NCBI GenBank assembly: GCA_021795575.1
Contig: JAJYPH010000001.1
Span: 5,128-69,127, forward strand
Reading direction: 5' to 3'
From: Bacillota bacterium
GTDB taxonomy: Bacteria > Bacillota > Sulfobacillia > Sulfobacillales > JAIMBI01
Length of the DNA stretch: 64,000 bases
The notes under the pieces were generated by a model that worked only from the letters and a program-made list of their open reading frames with translations, was not told where the DNA came from and did not search any database. The translations under genes and the position numbers were made by a program. Shown here piece after piece: positions 10,155-19,963 of the stretch (positions are counted from its first letter, which is position 1; every line of letters starts with the position of its first letter).

Positions 10155-11402
10155 TTAGACCACCCCGGCGTCGGACGCGGCTTGCCACACGAGGTCTACC
10201 CAGTGGACCGCCGGGGTGGTGCGTCCCGCGCGCCGCAGGCCGGCTTGGATCTGCAGGAGGCAGCCCGGGTTGGACGTAGCCACCACGTCGGCTGCCTCGG
10301 GAATGGTATTCACTTTCCGGCGCTGAAGCGCGGCCGCCATCGCGGGATGGGTAAGGTTGTACAGCCCGGCGGAACCACAACACACGTCGGCGTCCGGCAG
10401 CTCCACCAGCTCGTAGCCCGCCCACCGCAACAGGTCCCGCACCTCCTGACGAATGCCCTGCGCATGGGCTAGGTGACAGGCGTCGTGCACCGTGACCGCC
10501 TGCACCCGTGCGGGCAACGGCGGCCGCCGGCCGAGCGCCACCAGCTCGGCCACGTCACGCACGGTCTGCTGAAACTGCCGGGCCGACTCATGGGCGGGGT
10601 CATCCTCCAGCAGGTGCTCATACTCCTTCAGCGCCGCCCCACAGCCGGCGGCGGTGACGGCCACCCACTCCGCCCCCGCGGCCGCGAAACCCGCCACATT
10701 CTGTCGTGCCCAGGCCTCTGCCTGCCCGGGATCGCCGGCGTGAGTGTGGAGCGCACCACAGCAAACCTGCTGAGGCGCGGAGACCACCCGGTACCCACTG
10801 AGGCGGAGCAGGTCGGCGGCGTGCGCCGCGGTCGCCTGGTAGACACTATCCATCACACACCCATAGAACAGTGCGACGCTGGGGCCCTCGCCTCCAAAGC
10901 GGATCCCTTCTCGCCCCAGCCGTCGACCCACGGGCTCGGGCAGGCCCGTCCCCAGATGCGCTGCGGCGCCAGCGGTCCCCCCGAGCCGCCCCGAGGCCCG
11001 GAGCACCGCGCGACCCGCGGGTCGCTGAGCCCACTGCCCGAGACGCTGAAAGCGACGGAGGCCACGGGCCGTGCCAAAATAGCGGGCGGCCGCTCGTGCG
11101 GCGAGAGGCCGCCGCCGGTGGCCCGCCTGCACGGCCCTGGCTCTAAAGGCTTCCACCGCATGGCCCACCGGGACATGGGCGGGACACACTTCCTCACAGG
11201 CCCGACAGTCGAGGCAGCTGTCGACGGCCCGGGCGGCGCCGGGATCCCCCGAGCCCCCGACAGCCAAGGCACCCCACAGCTGGTTCAGCAGCACCACCCG
11301 GCCGCGGGGCGACTCACTCTCGTCCCCCGTCACCAAATACGTTGGGCAGCTGGGCAGGCACAATCCGCAGTGCACACAGGCGCTGGTATCCACCGGCTCC
11401 AT
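10155..11402 (-). CDS. glcF: glycolate oxidase iron-sulfur subunit
   Basis: Two ferredoxin-type motifs (CVHCGLCLPSCP and CLDCRACEEVCP) followed by two cysteine-rich CCG domains. Confidence 0.85.
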   Translation of the reverse strand: MEPVDTSACVHCGLCLPSCPTYLVTGDESESPRGRVVLLNQLWGALAVGGSGDPGAARAVDSCLDCRACEEVCPAHVPVGHAVEAFRARAVQAGHRRRPLAARAAARYFGTARGLRRFQRLGQWAQRPAGRAVLRASGRLGGTAGAAAHLGTGLPEPVGRRLGREGIRFGGEGPSVALFYGCVMDSVYQATAAHAADLLRLSGYRVVSAPQQVCCGALHTHAGDPGQAEAWARQNVAGFAAAGAEWVAVTAAGCGAALKEYEHLLEDDPAHESARQFQQTVRDVAELVALGRRPPLPARVQAVTVHDACHLAHAQGIRQEVRDLLRWAGYELVELPDADVCCGSAGLYNLTHPAMAAALQRRKVNTIPEAADVVATSNPGCLLQIQAGLRRAGRTTPAVHWVDLVWQAASDAGVV

Positions 11403-11403
11403 C

Positions 11404-12510
11404 CTACGCCTCCGCCTCCGCCCGCCAACCGGGCAGCACTCCCTGTGGATCCACCGCGGTTTTCAGACGCTGCCACATGTCGGCTTCCGCAGGCGGCACC
11501 CCAAGTCCCCGCCATGGGCCATCCCAGTGGCGGAATGTGCCACCGTGCCGCGCCACGAGCGCGGCCATCTCCTGGCTGGCCCCGTCGGGCTGGTGGCCAT
11601 ACCCCCACACCATCCCGCTCTGTAGTTCGGCCCCGGCGCTCGCCCCCGAGCGCGACAGCGCCTCCATCACCAATCGCTGACCCTCACGGGGCAGCCGTGC
11701 CTGCCAGACCACCCCGCCCGGTAAGGTAGCGGGCCGCTCGACGTCCTGCCCGGCGCCGATTTGGGCTCCCAACGAGCGCCGCACGCGGTCCATCGCTGGG
11801 TCACCCCCATGCGCGATGCCCACCAGCTCCCAGCCTGACGGATGGATGGTCAGCAGCAGCGTGGCAAGGGCCGGAACGGTGGGAAGGCTGTCGCCCCACC
11901 GGCGGGCTGCTTCCCAAACCCGCGCTGTCACAGGACCGTCGTCAGCACACGTTATGGTGGCCGTCGCGCGCGGCAGCGCCGCCAGCTTCCAGGTGATGGT
12001 CAGCACGATCCCGAATGTCCCCCGGGTGGCCCAATAGAGGCGCCACAGGTTGTAACCCGCCACGTTTTTGACGACCGGCGCCCCCACCCGGACCACCCCG
12101 AACGCGGGCACCGCCACCGTCATCGACAAAATTCGGTCGCGGATGGGCGAATAGCCCCCGGTCCACACCCCGTTCACACCAGCGGACACGATACCTCCCA
12201 GGGTGTCCGGCGCGCCGTCAGCAACCCCCACCGGCAGCCACTGACCATGCTGAGCGAGCCGCTGATTCAAGTCCCCCCATGAGAGACCGGCGTCGACTTC
12301 CGCCGTCAGGTCGGGAACCGACCAGCGCCGGATCGTCTGAAACCGCGTCGAGGCCCAGGGAACGACCGGCCGGGTGTCCCACGCTTCCAGGGCATGCTGG
12401 CGTATCCCGGCTCCCACGGGCACGAGGCACGCGCCTCGGCGGCCCGCCTCGGCAAGCGCATCGAGCGCCGCCTCACTCGCCTGGTCGGCGTCTGCGGGGT
12501 GCTGTGCCAT
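11404..12510 (-). CDS. glcE: glycolate oxidase FAD-binding subunit
   Basis: 368 aa FAD-binding PCMH domain protein (VKNVAGYNL). Its stop is 1 nt from the glcF start. SD GAAGGGGG upstream of ATG 12510. Confidence 0.75.
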   Translation of the reverse strand: MAQHPADADQASEAALDALAEAGRRGACLVPVGAGIRQHALEAWDTRPVVPWASTRFQTIRRWSVPDLTAEVDAGLSWGDLNQRLAQHGQWLPVGVADGAPDTLGGIVSAGVNGVWTGGYSPIRDRILSMTVAVPAFGVVRVGAPVVKNVAGYNLWRLYWATRGTFGIVLTITWKLAALPRATATITCADDGPVTARVWEAARRWGDSLPTVPALATLLLTIHPSGWELVGIAHGGDPAMDRVRRSLGAQIGAGQDVERPATLPGGVVWQARLPREGQRLVMEALSRSGASAGAELQSGMVWGYGHQPDGASQEMAALVARHGGTFRHWDGPWRGLGVPPAEADMWQRLKTAVDPQGVLPGWRAEAEA

Positions 12511-12715
12511 CGTGCGCCCCCTTCACGGCCGTGTGGACAACCCTCAGGGGAATGAATTCGCCCTCCACGACCATTGTCCTGCCACTCCACCGCATCCCCC
12601 GAGCCCACGGGTGGACTGGGCGATCCAGGACCGGCCCAGGTGGTGGCGTATTCCCAGCAACGACGCGAATCGGCAAAGCACGGGGATCTCGCCGGTCTTA
12701 CCTGTTCGCCCCAGT

Positions 12716-12804
12716 GCCACCCCCCACGTGCGCGGGGACGGCCTCGAATGGGACGGAAGACGTCGGCATCATGCAGGCCACCCCCCACGTGCGTGGGGAC
12801 GGCC
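12716..12804 (+). repeat. two copies of a 28-nt CRISPR-like direct repeat separated by a 33-nt spacer
   Basis: gccaccccccacgtgcgcggggacggcc (12716-12743) and gccaccccccacgtgcgtggggacggcc (12777-12804), 27/28 identical, period 61 nt. The internal palindrome ccccacg..cgtgggg followed by GA resembles type I-E repeats. No third copy and no cas genes in the window. Confidence 0.55.
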
Positions 12805-12915
12805 CCGTAGACATCCGTCGCACTTTGTCCGTTCAGGAGCGGCGACCGTTGTATCCTGCCGCCTGCAGTCTCTACCTTCTATACGTTAGCCGGGGGTGTC
12901 GACACGGCCCTTAAA

Positions 12916-12946
12916 AGCCCAGGGCGGCTCGTGGCCGCCCTGGGCT
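12916..12946 (-). terminator. stem-loop terminator downstream of the S53 peptidase gene
   Basis: Perfect 13-bp stem agcccagggcggc / gccgccctgggct with a 5-nt loop, 22 nt after the stop at 12969. On the minus strand it is followed by TTTAAGGG. Confidence 0.6.
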
Positions 12947-12968
12947 GGTCTCGCTCCGTGGACCTCGG

Positions 12969-14867
12969 TCAGCTGTTGTACTGTTGGATGCTGGTGGCCA
13001 GCTGGGAGACGTTGGGGACCCCCAGGCCCGTCGTGGCGTCCCACCCAGTCCCGGCCTGGTAGTACCAGTTGTTGCCGGCCGTGATGTCGCGGAAGCCCCC
13101 TAAGTTGGCCACCTGGTACAGAGTCGGGGGCAGGAAGCCGAGTGCGCCGCCATTGGCCTGATCCAAGAGCGCCGTGATCCCGGCCCAGTTGGGTGACGCA
13201 AACGATGTGCCACCCCACCCATCCGTCCAGCCGGCACTGGCGGTGGTGTACACCGACGAGGTGTCGTAGATGGAATACCCCGTGAAGGGATCGGCGTTCA
13301 GCGCCACGTCGGGCACCCCCTTGCCGGATGCTCCCGCCAGCGCGCCCCCGTACGCGGACTGCCAGGAGGGTTCCGCGAAGTAGCCGGAGAAGCCGCCACC
13401 GGACCCCACCGGCTCAAACGCCTTCCTCGCTTGCGTCACATTGTGGAACCCGAAGCTTTGGTAGCACGGGAGGAAGTAACTCCATCCCCACGCCTGCTCC
13501 GTGGACGGCATGCAGGCGATCTCCTGCTGAGTGGGAATCCCGCTGATGCCCGCCGTCTGATTCGCGCCCAGCGTGGTGCCTCCCACCGCCGTGGCGTAGG
13601 TCAGGTCGGCGGGGGAATCCACGGCCAGCGTGTGGTTGTAGCCCAGCGCCCCATAGGCATCGTAGGCCCCGGAGTCGCCGGACGCGTCGAACATGGAGAT
13701 GCCCTCGGCCGCCCCCTGCTCGAACTGCTGGTTCATCAGCACGGCGTACCCGTGGGTTTCGAACTGCTCCGCCTCGCCCCACGACACCGACATGACGTTG
13801 GGAACGACGCCGTGGTAGCCATTGACCACCGCGTTGAACAGGTCGATAAACCCATTGTTGGTGTTCGGGGCCACGTACACCTCGATGTTGGCACCCGGCG
13901 CCATGGAACCCGACTGCTCCACATCCAGGGAGCTCTCCGATCCACCCTGGCCCGCGCCGGAAGCACCGCCGGTGGGCATCGTCCGGTCCACACCGATTTC
14001 GCTGAGCGTGCCCGTGCGGTTGACGCCGTAGTACTTCCAGAACTGCGGCGGATCCTTGGTCAGCAGGGGCGCCAGCGTGGCGATCGCAATCGTCATGCCT
14101 TTGCCCGTGATGCCCTTGTTAATGAGCGAGGTCGCCCCATAGATGGTCTGCGTCTGCTGCGGCGACAGGCCGGTGGGCGCCGTGCAGTTGGCAAACCCGC
14201 TCACCGCGCAGGTGTTCAGCTGTACGTTGGGGTTGGCCTGGTGCTGGTTCGCCGTCATGGTGTGGAACCCGGCGTAGGTCATGAGCCCGGAAAGGCCCGA
14301 TACCATGGTGGCCAAGTCGTACCCGTCATACGACGTGGGCAGCACCGGGTTCTTGGGGTTGGCCAGATAGCTCCGGCCGCCCACCGTGTATTGGTTGATG
14401 GGAACCTGGAAGGCGGCTTCCGCCTCGCCGACGGTGCCGTTGACGTAGAGATAGTTGTTCGACTGATACGAGACGCCTCCGGTGGTTTCGGTGCGGCTCG
14501 CGGTCAGGCCAAAGCTCGTCAAGTAGTTCTCCAGCGCATGAATCGCCCCCGTGGGCTGGTCATACTGCGCCTGAAACTGGGCCGGGGTCAGATACTGGTG
14601 AAACAACGGATTGCCCGGGGTCACCGTATCCTGAATGAACGTGGCCAGCGACGGTCCGCCAGCGGGCGTGACGAAATTCAGCCCCACCAGCAGCTGAACG
14701 TGGCGGCCGGGGTTGGCTTTGCCATGGTCGCGGGATTGCTTGATGAGCCCGGTGGCGGTGTTGCCGGCCAGCGCTTGATACGTCGAGGCGCTGGCGACCG
14801 GCGCTGAGGCGGTGACCGCCAGGAGCGCCGCCGCCCCCACTAATCCACCGAATGCCTGTAGTTTCAC
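12969..14867 (-). CDS. secreted S53 peptidase (sedolisin/kumamolisin-like) with pro-domain
   Basis: Signal peptide MKLQAFGGLVGAAALLAVTASAPVASA, a pro-kumamolisin-type activation domain, and a catalytic-Ser motif GGTSFASPNWAG near the C-terminus. SD GAGGAGG before ATG 14867. Confidence 0.85.
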   Translation of the reverse strand: MKLQAFGGLVGAAALLAVTASAPVASASTYQALAGNTATGLIKQSRDHGKANPGRHVQLLVGLNFVTPAGGPSLATFIQDTVTPGNPLFHQYLTPAQFQAQYDQPTGAIHALENYLTSFGLTASRTETTGGVSYQSNNYLYVNGTVGEAEAAFQVPINQYTVGGRSYLANPKNPVLPTSYDGYDLATMVSGLSGLMTYAGFHTMTANQHQANPNVQLNTCAVSGFANCTAPTGLSPQQTQTIYGATSLINKGITGKGMTIAIATLAPLLTKDPPQFWKYYGVNRTGTLSEIGVDRTMPTGGASGAGQGGSESSLDVEQSGSMAPGANIEVYVAPNTNNGFIDLFNAVVNGYHGVVPNVMSVSWGEAEQFETHGYAVLMNQQFEQGAAEGISMFDASGDSGAYDAYGALGYNHTLAVDSPADLTYATAVGGTTLGANQTAGISGIPTQQEIACMPSTEQAWGWSYFLPCYQSFGFHNVTQARKAFEPVGSGGGFSGYFAEPSWQSAYGGALAGASGKGVPDVALNADPFTGYSIYDTSSVYTTASAGWTDGWGGTSFASPNWAGITALLDQANGGALGFLPPTLYQVANLGGFRDITAGNNWYYQAGTGWDATTGLGVPNVSQLATSIQQYNS

Positions 14868-15441
14868 ATGGAAGCCTCCTCGCTACTGTCCCTTGGGTGC
14901 CGACAGAGAGGCCGTGGACAACGCCCCCTTCTCTAGCGCGGGCTAGCCCACTGCTTCGCCTAATACTTCGCACTCGCGCCCCCAGATCCTGCAGGGGGAG
15001 TCAGCTTTTTTCCATGTGTTCCCCAGGGAGCGAGGAGCCGGGACCTTTCCCAGGCGGAGAGGGAGCCCCGCCCAGCATAGTGGCGAAGCCACAGATGCTC
15101 GCACCCCGAAGGGGAAGCCGCCAGCGCCGTCGTCCTTTTCTGCATGTAATCCTGGCCGCCCGTTCGGCGCCCGGGCCGCCCTCCCTGGGCACCGGGGTGG
15201 CCGGCCCAGGATTGTCCCCAGTCCGAGCCCCGGCGAGGTGCCGCAGCGCCCCGCGCCCGCGCCGCTCGGCGTCCCTCCGAATACGCCGCATCAGAGAGGG
15301 GGTATGTTCAGCGGCTCGTACTCGCCCCCGTGGACGCGATTCTCAGACCCTGTCGCACGTAGCGGGCGGCCCGGCGGCGGTGTGTTCCACTACATCCCGC
15401 GTGCCGACCGCATGGGCGTGGCTCCCCTCGGGCGGCACGCG

Positions 15442-16572
15442 TCACGACCCGACCCCTCCGCGCAGATACTCCGCCAGCATCGGTTCCACAAACTCATAGC
15501 GGCGGGGCCGTGGGCGTTCCAGAATGCCCTGCGTCACCAGTCCCTGGGCGGTTTCGTGGATTTGACTGGAGCTGGCCTCGGAAACGTACAGGGGCTGTTG
15601 ATTGGCCAAACGAACCAGCATGGCGCGACCCAACTTGAAGCCCAGGGCCTGAATTTCGGTTTCAAAGTATCGGCCCAGGTCGCGCGCCGCATCGGCGTAC
15701 CCAAGCCAGGCCACGTCTCTCGTGACCGCCGCGCCCTCACGCGGCAGGCGCCGCGCGACGGCTTGCAGCACCTTCATGGTGTCGAACGCGTGGCCCCCGG
15801 TACGCTGCACCAGCTCCTCGGCCACGCCGGGACTCACGGGACACTGGGCCGCGTCGAACTTGTCCGTGATGTAGCCGACCCAGTCATCCGCAGGAATGCG
15901 CGGCAGCGGCACGAGGTCCGCGAACCGGTAGAGCGGCATGCGCGACTGGGTAAACAGGCTCCGAACGAGGGACCCCTGGCTGCCCAGGAACAGATACGCG
16001 CCACGCGTGCGCTGCCAGTGGGCCCGCATGCGCTTGAATACCCCCAGCGACGGATCCAGGGCGGCCAGCTCCTGGAACTCATCAAACACCATCACGGTCG
16101 GGCGTCGGAGCCGCTCGGACACCGCTGCCGGCAGGTCGAGCGCCCGGTCCAGCAGCTCGCCGGTATCGAGGCGCTCCACCCGATAAATCCAGCGCACGAC
16201 GTCCAGCCCCAGCACCGAAACCGCCACCTCGGAATTGCGGAGCCCCTCAGCCATGGCCCGATCCGTCTTCCACTGCAGACGCCGCCATCGGGGATCCACC
16301 CCCGCCAAGGTGGCCGCCGCCATCTTGCGTGCCAGCTCGCGCACGTCGCCGCACTCAAACAGGTCTACGCTGGCCGTGAGGGCGTTGGCCGAATCGGCAA
16401 CCCGCCGCAACAGTTCGAACGCCACCGCACTTTTTCCCACCCGGCGCGGACCGGGGATCAGGACGCTTTGTCCCTGCAGCACCCGGCGCTCCAAATCGCT
16501 CAGGATTCCCTCGCGCCCCACCAAGTCTTCAGACGGCAAGGGGAGAACATCCACGGGAAATATGGGCACCAT
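15442..16572 (-). CDS. stand-alone Arch_ATPase-type AAA+ ATP-binding protein with C-terminal winged-helix
   Basis: Walker A GPRRVGKS, Walker B VMVFDEFQ, and the N-terminal LVGRE motif typical of this family. 376 aa. SD GAAGGGGGA before ATG 16572. Confidence 0.75.
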   Translation of the reverse strand: MVPIFPVDVLPLPSEDLVGREGILSDLERRVLQGQSVLIPGPRRVGKSAVAFELLRRVADSANALTASVDLFECGDVRELARKMAAATLAGVDPRWRRLQWKTDRAMAEGLRNSEVAVSVLGLDVVRWIYRVERLDTGELLDRALDLPAAVSERLRRPTVMVFDEFQELAALDPSLGVFKRMRAHWQRTRGAYLFLGSQGSLVRSLFTQSRMPLYRFADLVPLPRIPADDWVGYITDKFDAAQCPVSPGVAEELVQRTGGHAFDTMKVLQAVARRLPREGAAVTRDVAWLGYADAARDLGRYFETEIQALGFKLGRAMLVRLANQQPLYVSEASSSQIHETAQGLVTQGILERPRPRRYEFVEPMLAEYLRGGVGS

Positions 16573-16584
16573 GCTAAATCCCCC

Positions 16585-16619
16585 TTCTAGATCGAGAGTA
16601 ACACCTTCTCGATTTAGAA
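16585..16619. promoter_or_regulatory. AT-rich 13-bp inverted repeat between the hisIE stop and the ATPase start
   Basis: ttctagatcgaga (16585-16597), 9-nt spacer, tctcgatttagaa (16607-16619), with one mismatch. It abuts the ATPase SD. Either an operator or the his-operon terminator hairpin. Confidence 0.4.
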
Positions 16620-16655
16620 TAAAGAGACGGGTACGACGCGGGGAAGCATGGCCGG

Positions 16656-17267
16656 CTACGGCTCATACTCAGACCGGGATGCATGGTGGCGGCGCGACAA
16701 CTCCGTGGCGACGTCGTCCAGGCTCACCCCGGCCACGTGCAGCGCGAGCCACAGGTGGTAGATGAGGTCGGCGGCCTCGGCGCAGATGGGTCCTGGGTCG
16801 CCGTTTTTAGCCGCGAGCAGAAACTCCCCCGATTCCTCGCCCACCTTTCTGAGGACGCGGTCCAAGCCCTGGGTGGCCAGACGGCGCGTGTAGGACGCCT
16901 CGTCGCTCGCGCTGGCGAGCCGCTCCCGCTGTACGGCAAACAGCCGACTTAGCATGGCGGCAGGCAGATCGACGTCGCCAAAGCAGCTGGTCTGGCCCGT
17001 GTGACAGGCCCCTCGAGGTGCATGCACCTGGTACAGCAGCGCATCCTGGTCGCAGTCCCACACCATCTTTGCCAACTCGAGCCGCTGGCCGGAGGTAGCC
17101 CCCTTGTCCCACAGGGTGTGGCGGGACCGGCTCCAAAAGTGGGCCCGTCCGGTGGCCCGGGTGGCGGCGATGGCCTCCTGGTTGGTCCAGGCCAGCATGA
17201 GCACGGCCCCGGTATCGACGTCCTGGACCACTACCGGCAGCAGCGCTTCGGTCGCTGTCTCAGACAC
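16656..17267 (-). CDS. hisI: bifunctional phosphoribosyl-AMP cyclohydrolase / phosphoribosyl-ATP pyrophosphatase
   Basis: 203 aa. The HisI part has WSRSRHTLWDKGATSGQ and CHTGQTSCF. The HisE part has KVGEESGEFLLAAK and EAADLIYHL. Confidence 0.9.
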   Translation of the reverse strand: MSETATEALLPVVVQDVDTGAVLMLAWTNQEAIAATRATGRAHFWSRSRHTLWDKGATSGQRLELAKMVWDCDQDALLYQVHAPRGACHTGQTSCFGDVDLPAAMLSRLFAVQRERLASASDEASYTRRLATQGLDRVLRKVGEESGEFLLAAKNGDPGPICAEAADLIYHLWLALHVAGVSLDDVATELSRRHHASRSEYEP

Positions 17268-18012
17268 GCACGGCCACCCCCTGCTCAGTCAATTGCTGCT
17301 TTAACGCGGTGAGCGTGGTTTCGCCGCGGTGAAGCACCCCCGCCACCAGCGCTCCGGTCACGCCCGGCACCGCGAGGGCCGCCGCGAGATGTAGGGCGGT
17401 CCGGCCGCCCCCCGAGGCAATCACGGGCAGGTGGACCCCCGCCGCCGTGGCCAGCGCCTCGAGGTCATAGCCTTCCCCAGTGCCATCCCGGTCGATGGAC
17501 GTCAGCAACACTTCGCCCGCCCCTAGGGCGGCCACGTGGGCCACCCAGTCCCGAAGGGTCCAAGAGGTGCGGGTACGGCCCCCATCCGCGTACACGCGGT
17601 GCGTGTCCGCTGCGCGTCGGACGTCTATCGCCACCACCACCGCCTGGCTGCCGGCCTCGTCGGCTATCTGGCTCACCAGGTCAGGCGTGGCCAGCGCGGC
17701 CGAGTTGACCGACACCTTGTCCGCGCCGGCGGCGAGTACCGACAGCGCCCCGGCCCGGTCGCGAATGCCGCCCCCCACCGTGAGCGGAATCGCCAGCCGC
17801 CGGGCCGTGCGTTCCACCACGGCCAGGCTGGGGCCTCGGTGCTCTGCGCCGGCGGTAATGTCCAGCAGCACCAGCTCATCCGCCCCCTGGTCTTCATAGC
17901 GACGCGCCAGATCCTCGGGTCGGCCCAGCGAAATCAGTTCCTGGAACTGCACTCCCTTCACCACGCGGTCGGCCGCTACGTCCAAACACGCGATGAGCCG
18001 CGGCCTCAGCAC
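17260..18012 (-). CDS. hisF: imidazole glycerol phosphate synthase cyclase subunit
   Basis: MLRPRLIACLDV..VVKGVQF.., 250 aa TIM barrel. Overlaps hisA and hisIE. Confidence 0.9.
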   Translation of the reverse strand: MLRPRLIACLDVAADRVVKGVQFQELISLGRPEDLARRYEDQGADELVLLDITAGAEHRGPSLAVVERTARRLAIPLTVGGGIRDRAGALSVLAAGADKVSVNSAALATPDLVSQIADEAGSQAVVVAIDVRRAADTHRVYADGGRTRTSWTLRDWVAHVAALGAGEVLLTSIDRDGTGEGYDLEALATAAGVHLPVIASGGGRTALHLAAALAVPGVTGALVAGVLHRGETTLTALKQQLTEQGVAVRV

Positions 18013-18719
18013 CGGAGCACCGCCGCCACCGCCTCGGCCCCAAGCGACCCGTCGTACAGGGCGCGGCCCACGATCACGCCCGTCGCCCCAAGCCGCCGGA
18101 GGGCGTCGATGTCCTCCGCCCCGCGAATGCCCCCGGCCGCCGTCACGTGAAACCCTTCAGCGATCCACGCGGTTACAAGGTCCAGATCTGGACCGCGACC
18201 GGTGCCGTCTCGGTCCACCGCGGTGACGATGACCGCGCGCCACCCCAGGGCGCGAAGCCGGGAGGCCACCTGTTCCTTCGTAAGGGCGGCGTCAGCCCGC
18301 CATCCGTGGGTGGCCAGGGTCCCGCCCCGCCAATCGAGGCTCACCGCCACCTGCTCCGGTCCCATCTCGTGGGCAAACGCCGCCAGGAGGTCCGGGTGGG
18401 CCACCGCCGACCCCACCACCACCCGGCGTGCGCCCGCATCCAGCCAGCGCCGTGCCGCGTCGAGGCTCTGCACCCCGCCGCCCACCTGCACCGGCACGCC
18501 CAGAGCTGTGAGCCGCTGAACCTGACCCACCGATAGTCCCGTGCGTCCAAACGCGGCGGACAGATCCACGACGTGCAGCAACCGAGCGCCTGCCTTCACA
18601 AACGTGCGCGCCTGCGCGACGGGGTCATCGTGGTAAACCGTCACCCGGTGGGCATCGCCCTCCGTGAGGCGCACCACCCGTCCATCCAGCACGTCAATCG
18701 CCGGGATTACGCTGAACAT
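18006..18719 (-). CDS. hisA: ProFAR isomerase
   Basis: Conserved start MFSVIPAIDVLDGRVVRL at ATG 18719. The track ORF runs to 18968 through Gly/Arg filler inside hisH. Confidence 0.88.
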   Translation of the reverse strand: MFSVIPAIDVLDGRVVRLTEGDAHRVTVYHDDPVAQARTFVKAGARLLHVVDLSAAFGRTGLSVGQVQRLTALGVPVQVGGGVQSLDAARRWLDAGARRVVVGSAVAHPDLLAAFAHEMGPEQVAVSLDWRGGTLATHGWRADAALTKEQVASRLRALGWRAVIVTAVDRDGTGRGPDLDLVTAWIAEGFHVTAAGGIRGAEDIDALRRLGATGVIVGRALYDGSLGAEAVAAVLRC

Positions 18720-19318
18720 CGCATCCCCTGCTGGGCAAATGCGGTCAGCACGCGCCGTCCGTAGGCCCCGCTCCGCTCGGGGTGGAACTGCACGCCGGCC
18801 ACCAGCCCCCGCTGCACCGCACTCACAAATCCCCCGTGATAGTCGGTGACCGCCGTCGCCACCAGCTGATCCTGCGGCTTCACGGCAAACGCGTGGCAGA
18901 AGTATGCGTCGCCCGCCCCGGCCTCCCGCATCCATCCCGCGGCCGCGGTCGGGTGGACCTGGTTCCACCCCACGTGCGGGAGGGGGGCGGAGCCCACCTG
19001 CAGGCGGGTCACGGTCCCCGGCAGCACCCCGAGGCCCCGGCCCCCCTCTTCCGACGACTCAAACAACAGCTGCATGCCGAGACAGATGCCGAGCAGCGGC
19101 ACCGCGCCCACTCGGTTCCAGATCGCCTGGTCCATCCCGGTTGCGCTGAGCGCGCGCGCCGCGGCCGCAAAGTGGCCGACGCCCGGCAGCACCACGCCGC
19201 CGGCCTGCGCCACCACCTCCGGATCTTCCGTGACCACCACGTCGAGACCCAGCCGCTCCAGCGCCCACACCACGGACTGCAGATTGCCCCGCTTCAGGTT
19301 CACCACCGCCACCGTCAT
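18707..19318 (-). CDS. hisH: imidazole glycerol phosphate synthase glutamine amidotransferase subunit
   Basis: 203 aa with the GVGHF and LGICLGMQLL catalytic-Cys motif and the HPE triad element. Confidence 0.9.
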   Translation of the reverse strand: MTVAVVNLKRGNLQSVVWALERLGLDVVVTEDPEVVAQAGGVVLPGVGHFAAAARALSATGMDQAIWNRVGAVPLLGICLGMQLLFESSEEGGRGLGVLPGTVTRLQVGSAPLPHVGWNQVHPTAAAGWMREAGAGDAYFCHAFAVKPQDQLVATAVTDYHGGFVSAVQRGLVAGVQFHPERSGAYGRRVLTAFAQQGMRCSA

Positions 19319-19324
19319 GACGCA

Positions 19325-19963
19325 TCACTCCTCGATCGGTCCCGCGGTCTCTGACGCTGCCTCCGACAATTTATCTGGGACGTCCAACACTCCCTTGGTA
19401 CTCAGCAGGCCGGGACGCACGGCGGTGGCCATCCGGAGCGCCAGCCCCAGCGCCTTGAAGCCCGCCTCCCACTGGTGGTGGCGGTTCCTGCCCGCCCGCA
19501 TCTGCACGTGCACCGTGAGCTGTCCGCCGCGCGCCAGCCCAGTCCAAAATTCCTCCAGCACCTCGCCCTCCAGCCCCCCCACGGCGCCCGAGGGCATGTC
19601 GGCAAGCCAGCTGCCGGTGCGACCCGACAGGTCCACGGCCACCTCCACCCGAGCCTCGTCCATGGGCACGATGGCCCAGCCGTAGCGCGCGACGTCCCGA
19701 TAGCCGGGCCAGCGGCCCAGGATCGCGCGGCCCAGCACCAGGCCGGTGTCTTCCACCAGGTGGTGGGGATCGACCGCGACGTCGCCCGACGCCTCCACCA
19801 TCACGGGAACGCCCCAGGTGGTGGCGCAGGCCTGCAGCAGGTGGCCGAAGAACGGCACCGGCACCGTGATGCCCATGGCACCGCCCAACTCCATGGCCAC
19901 GCGGGTTTCCCGGGTGGTACGCGTCACCCGGCTGAGAAGCGGCGGCTCTGCAGGCTCCGTCAT
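19325..19963 (-). CDS. hisB: imidazoleglycerol-phosphate dehydratase
   Basis: RVTRTTRETRVAMEL.. with HHLVED and HHQWEA metal motifs. ATG 19963 overlaps the hisD stop (ATGA). Confidence 0.88.
   Translation of the reverse strand: MTEPAEPPLLSRVTRTTRETRVAMELGGAMGITVPVPFFGHLLQACATTWGVPVMVEASGDVAVDPHHLVEDTGLVLGRAILGRWPGYRDVARYGWAIVPMDEARVEVAVDLSGRTGSWLADMPSGAVGGLEGEVLEEFWTGLARGGQLTVHVQMRAGRNRHHQWEAGFKALGLALRMATAVRPGLLSTKGVLDVPDKLSEAASETAGPIEE

Noticed and set aside
12594-12693. Additional degenerate CRISPR repeats at the expected 61-nt phase upstream (about 12655 and about 12594) and downstream (about 12838)
   Set aside because: Base-by-base comparison at the expected phase gives only chance-level matches. 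The weak similarities (cccacgggtgg at about 12604, gcacggggat at about 12678) are out of phase.
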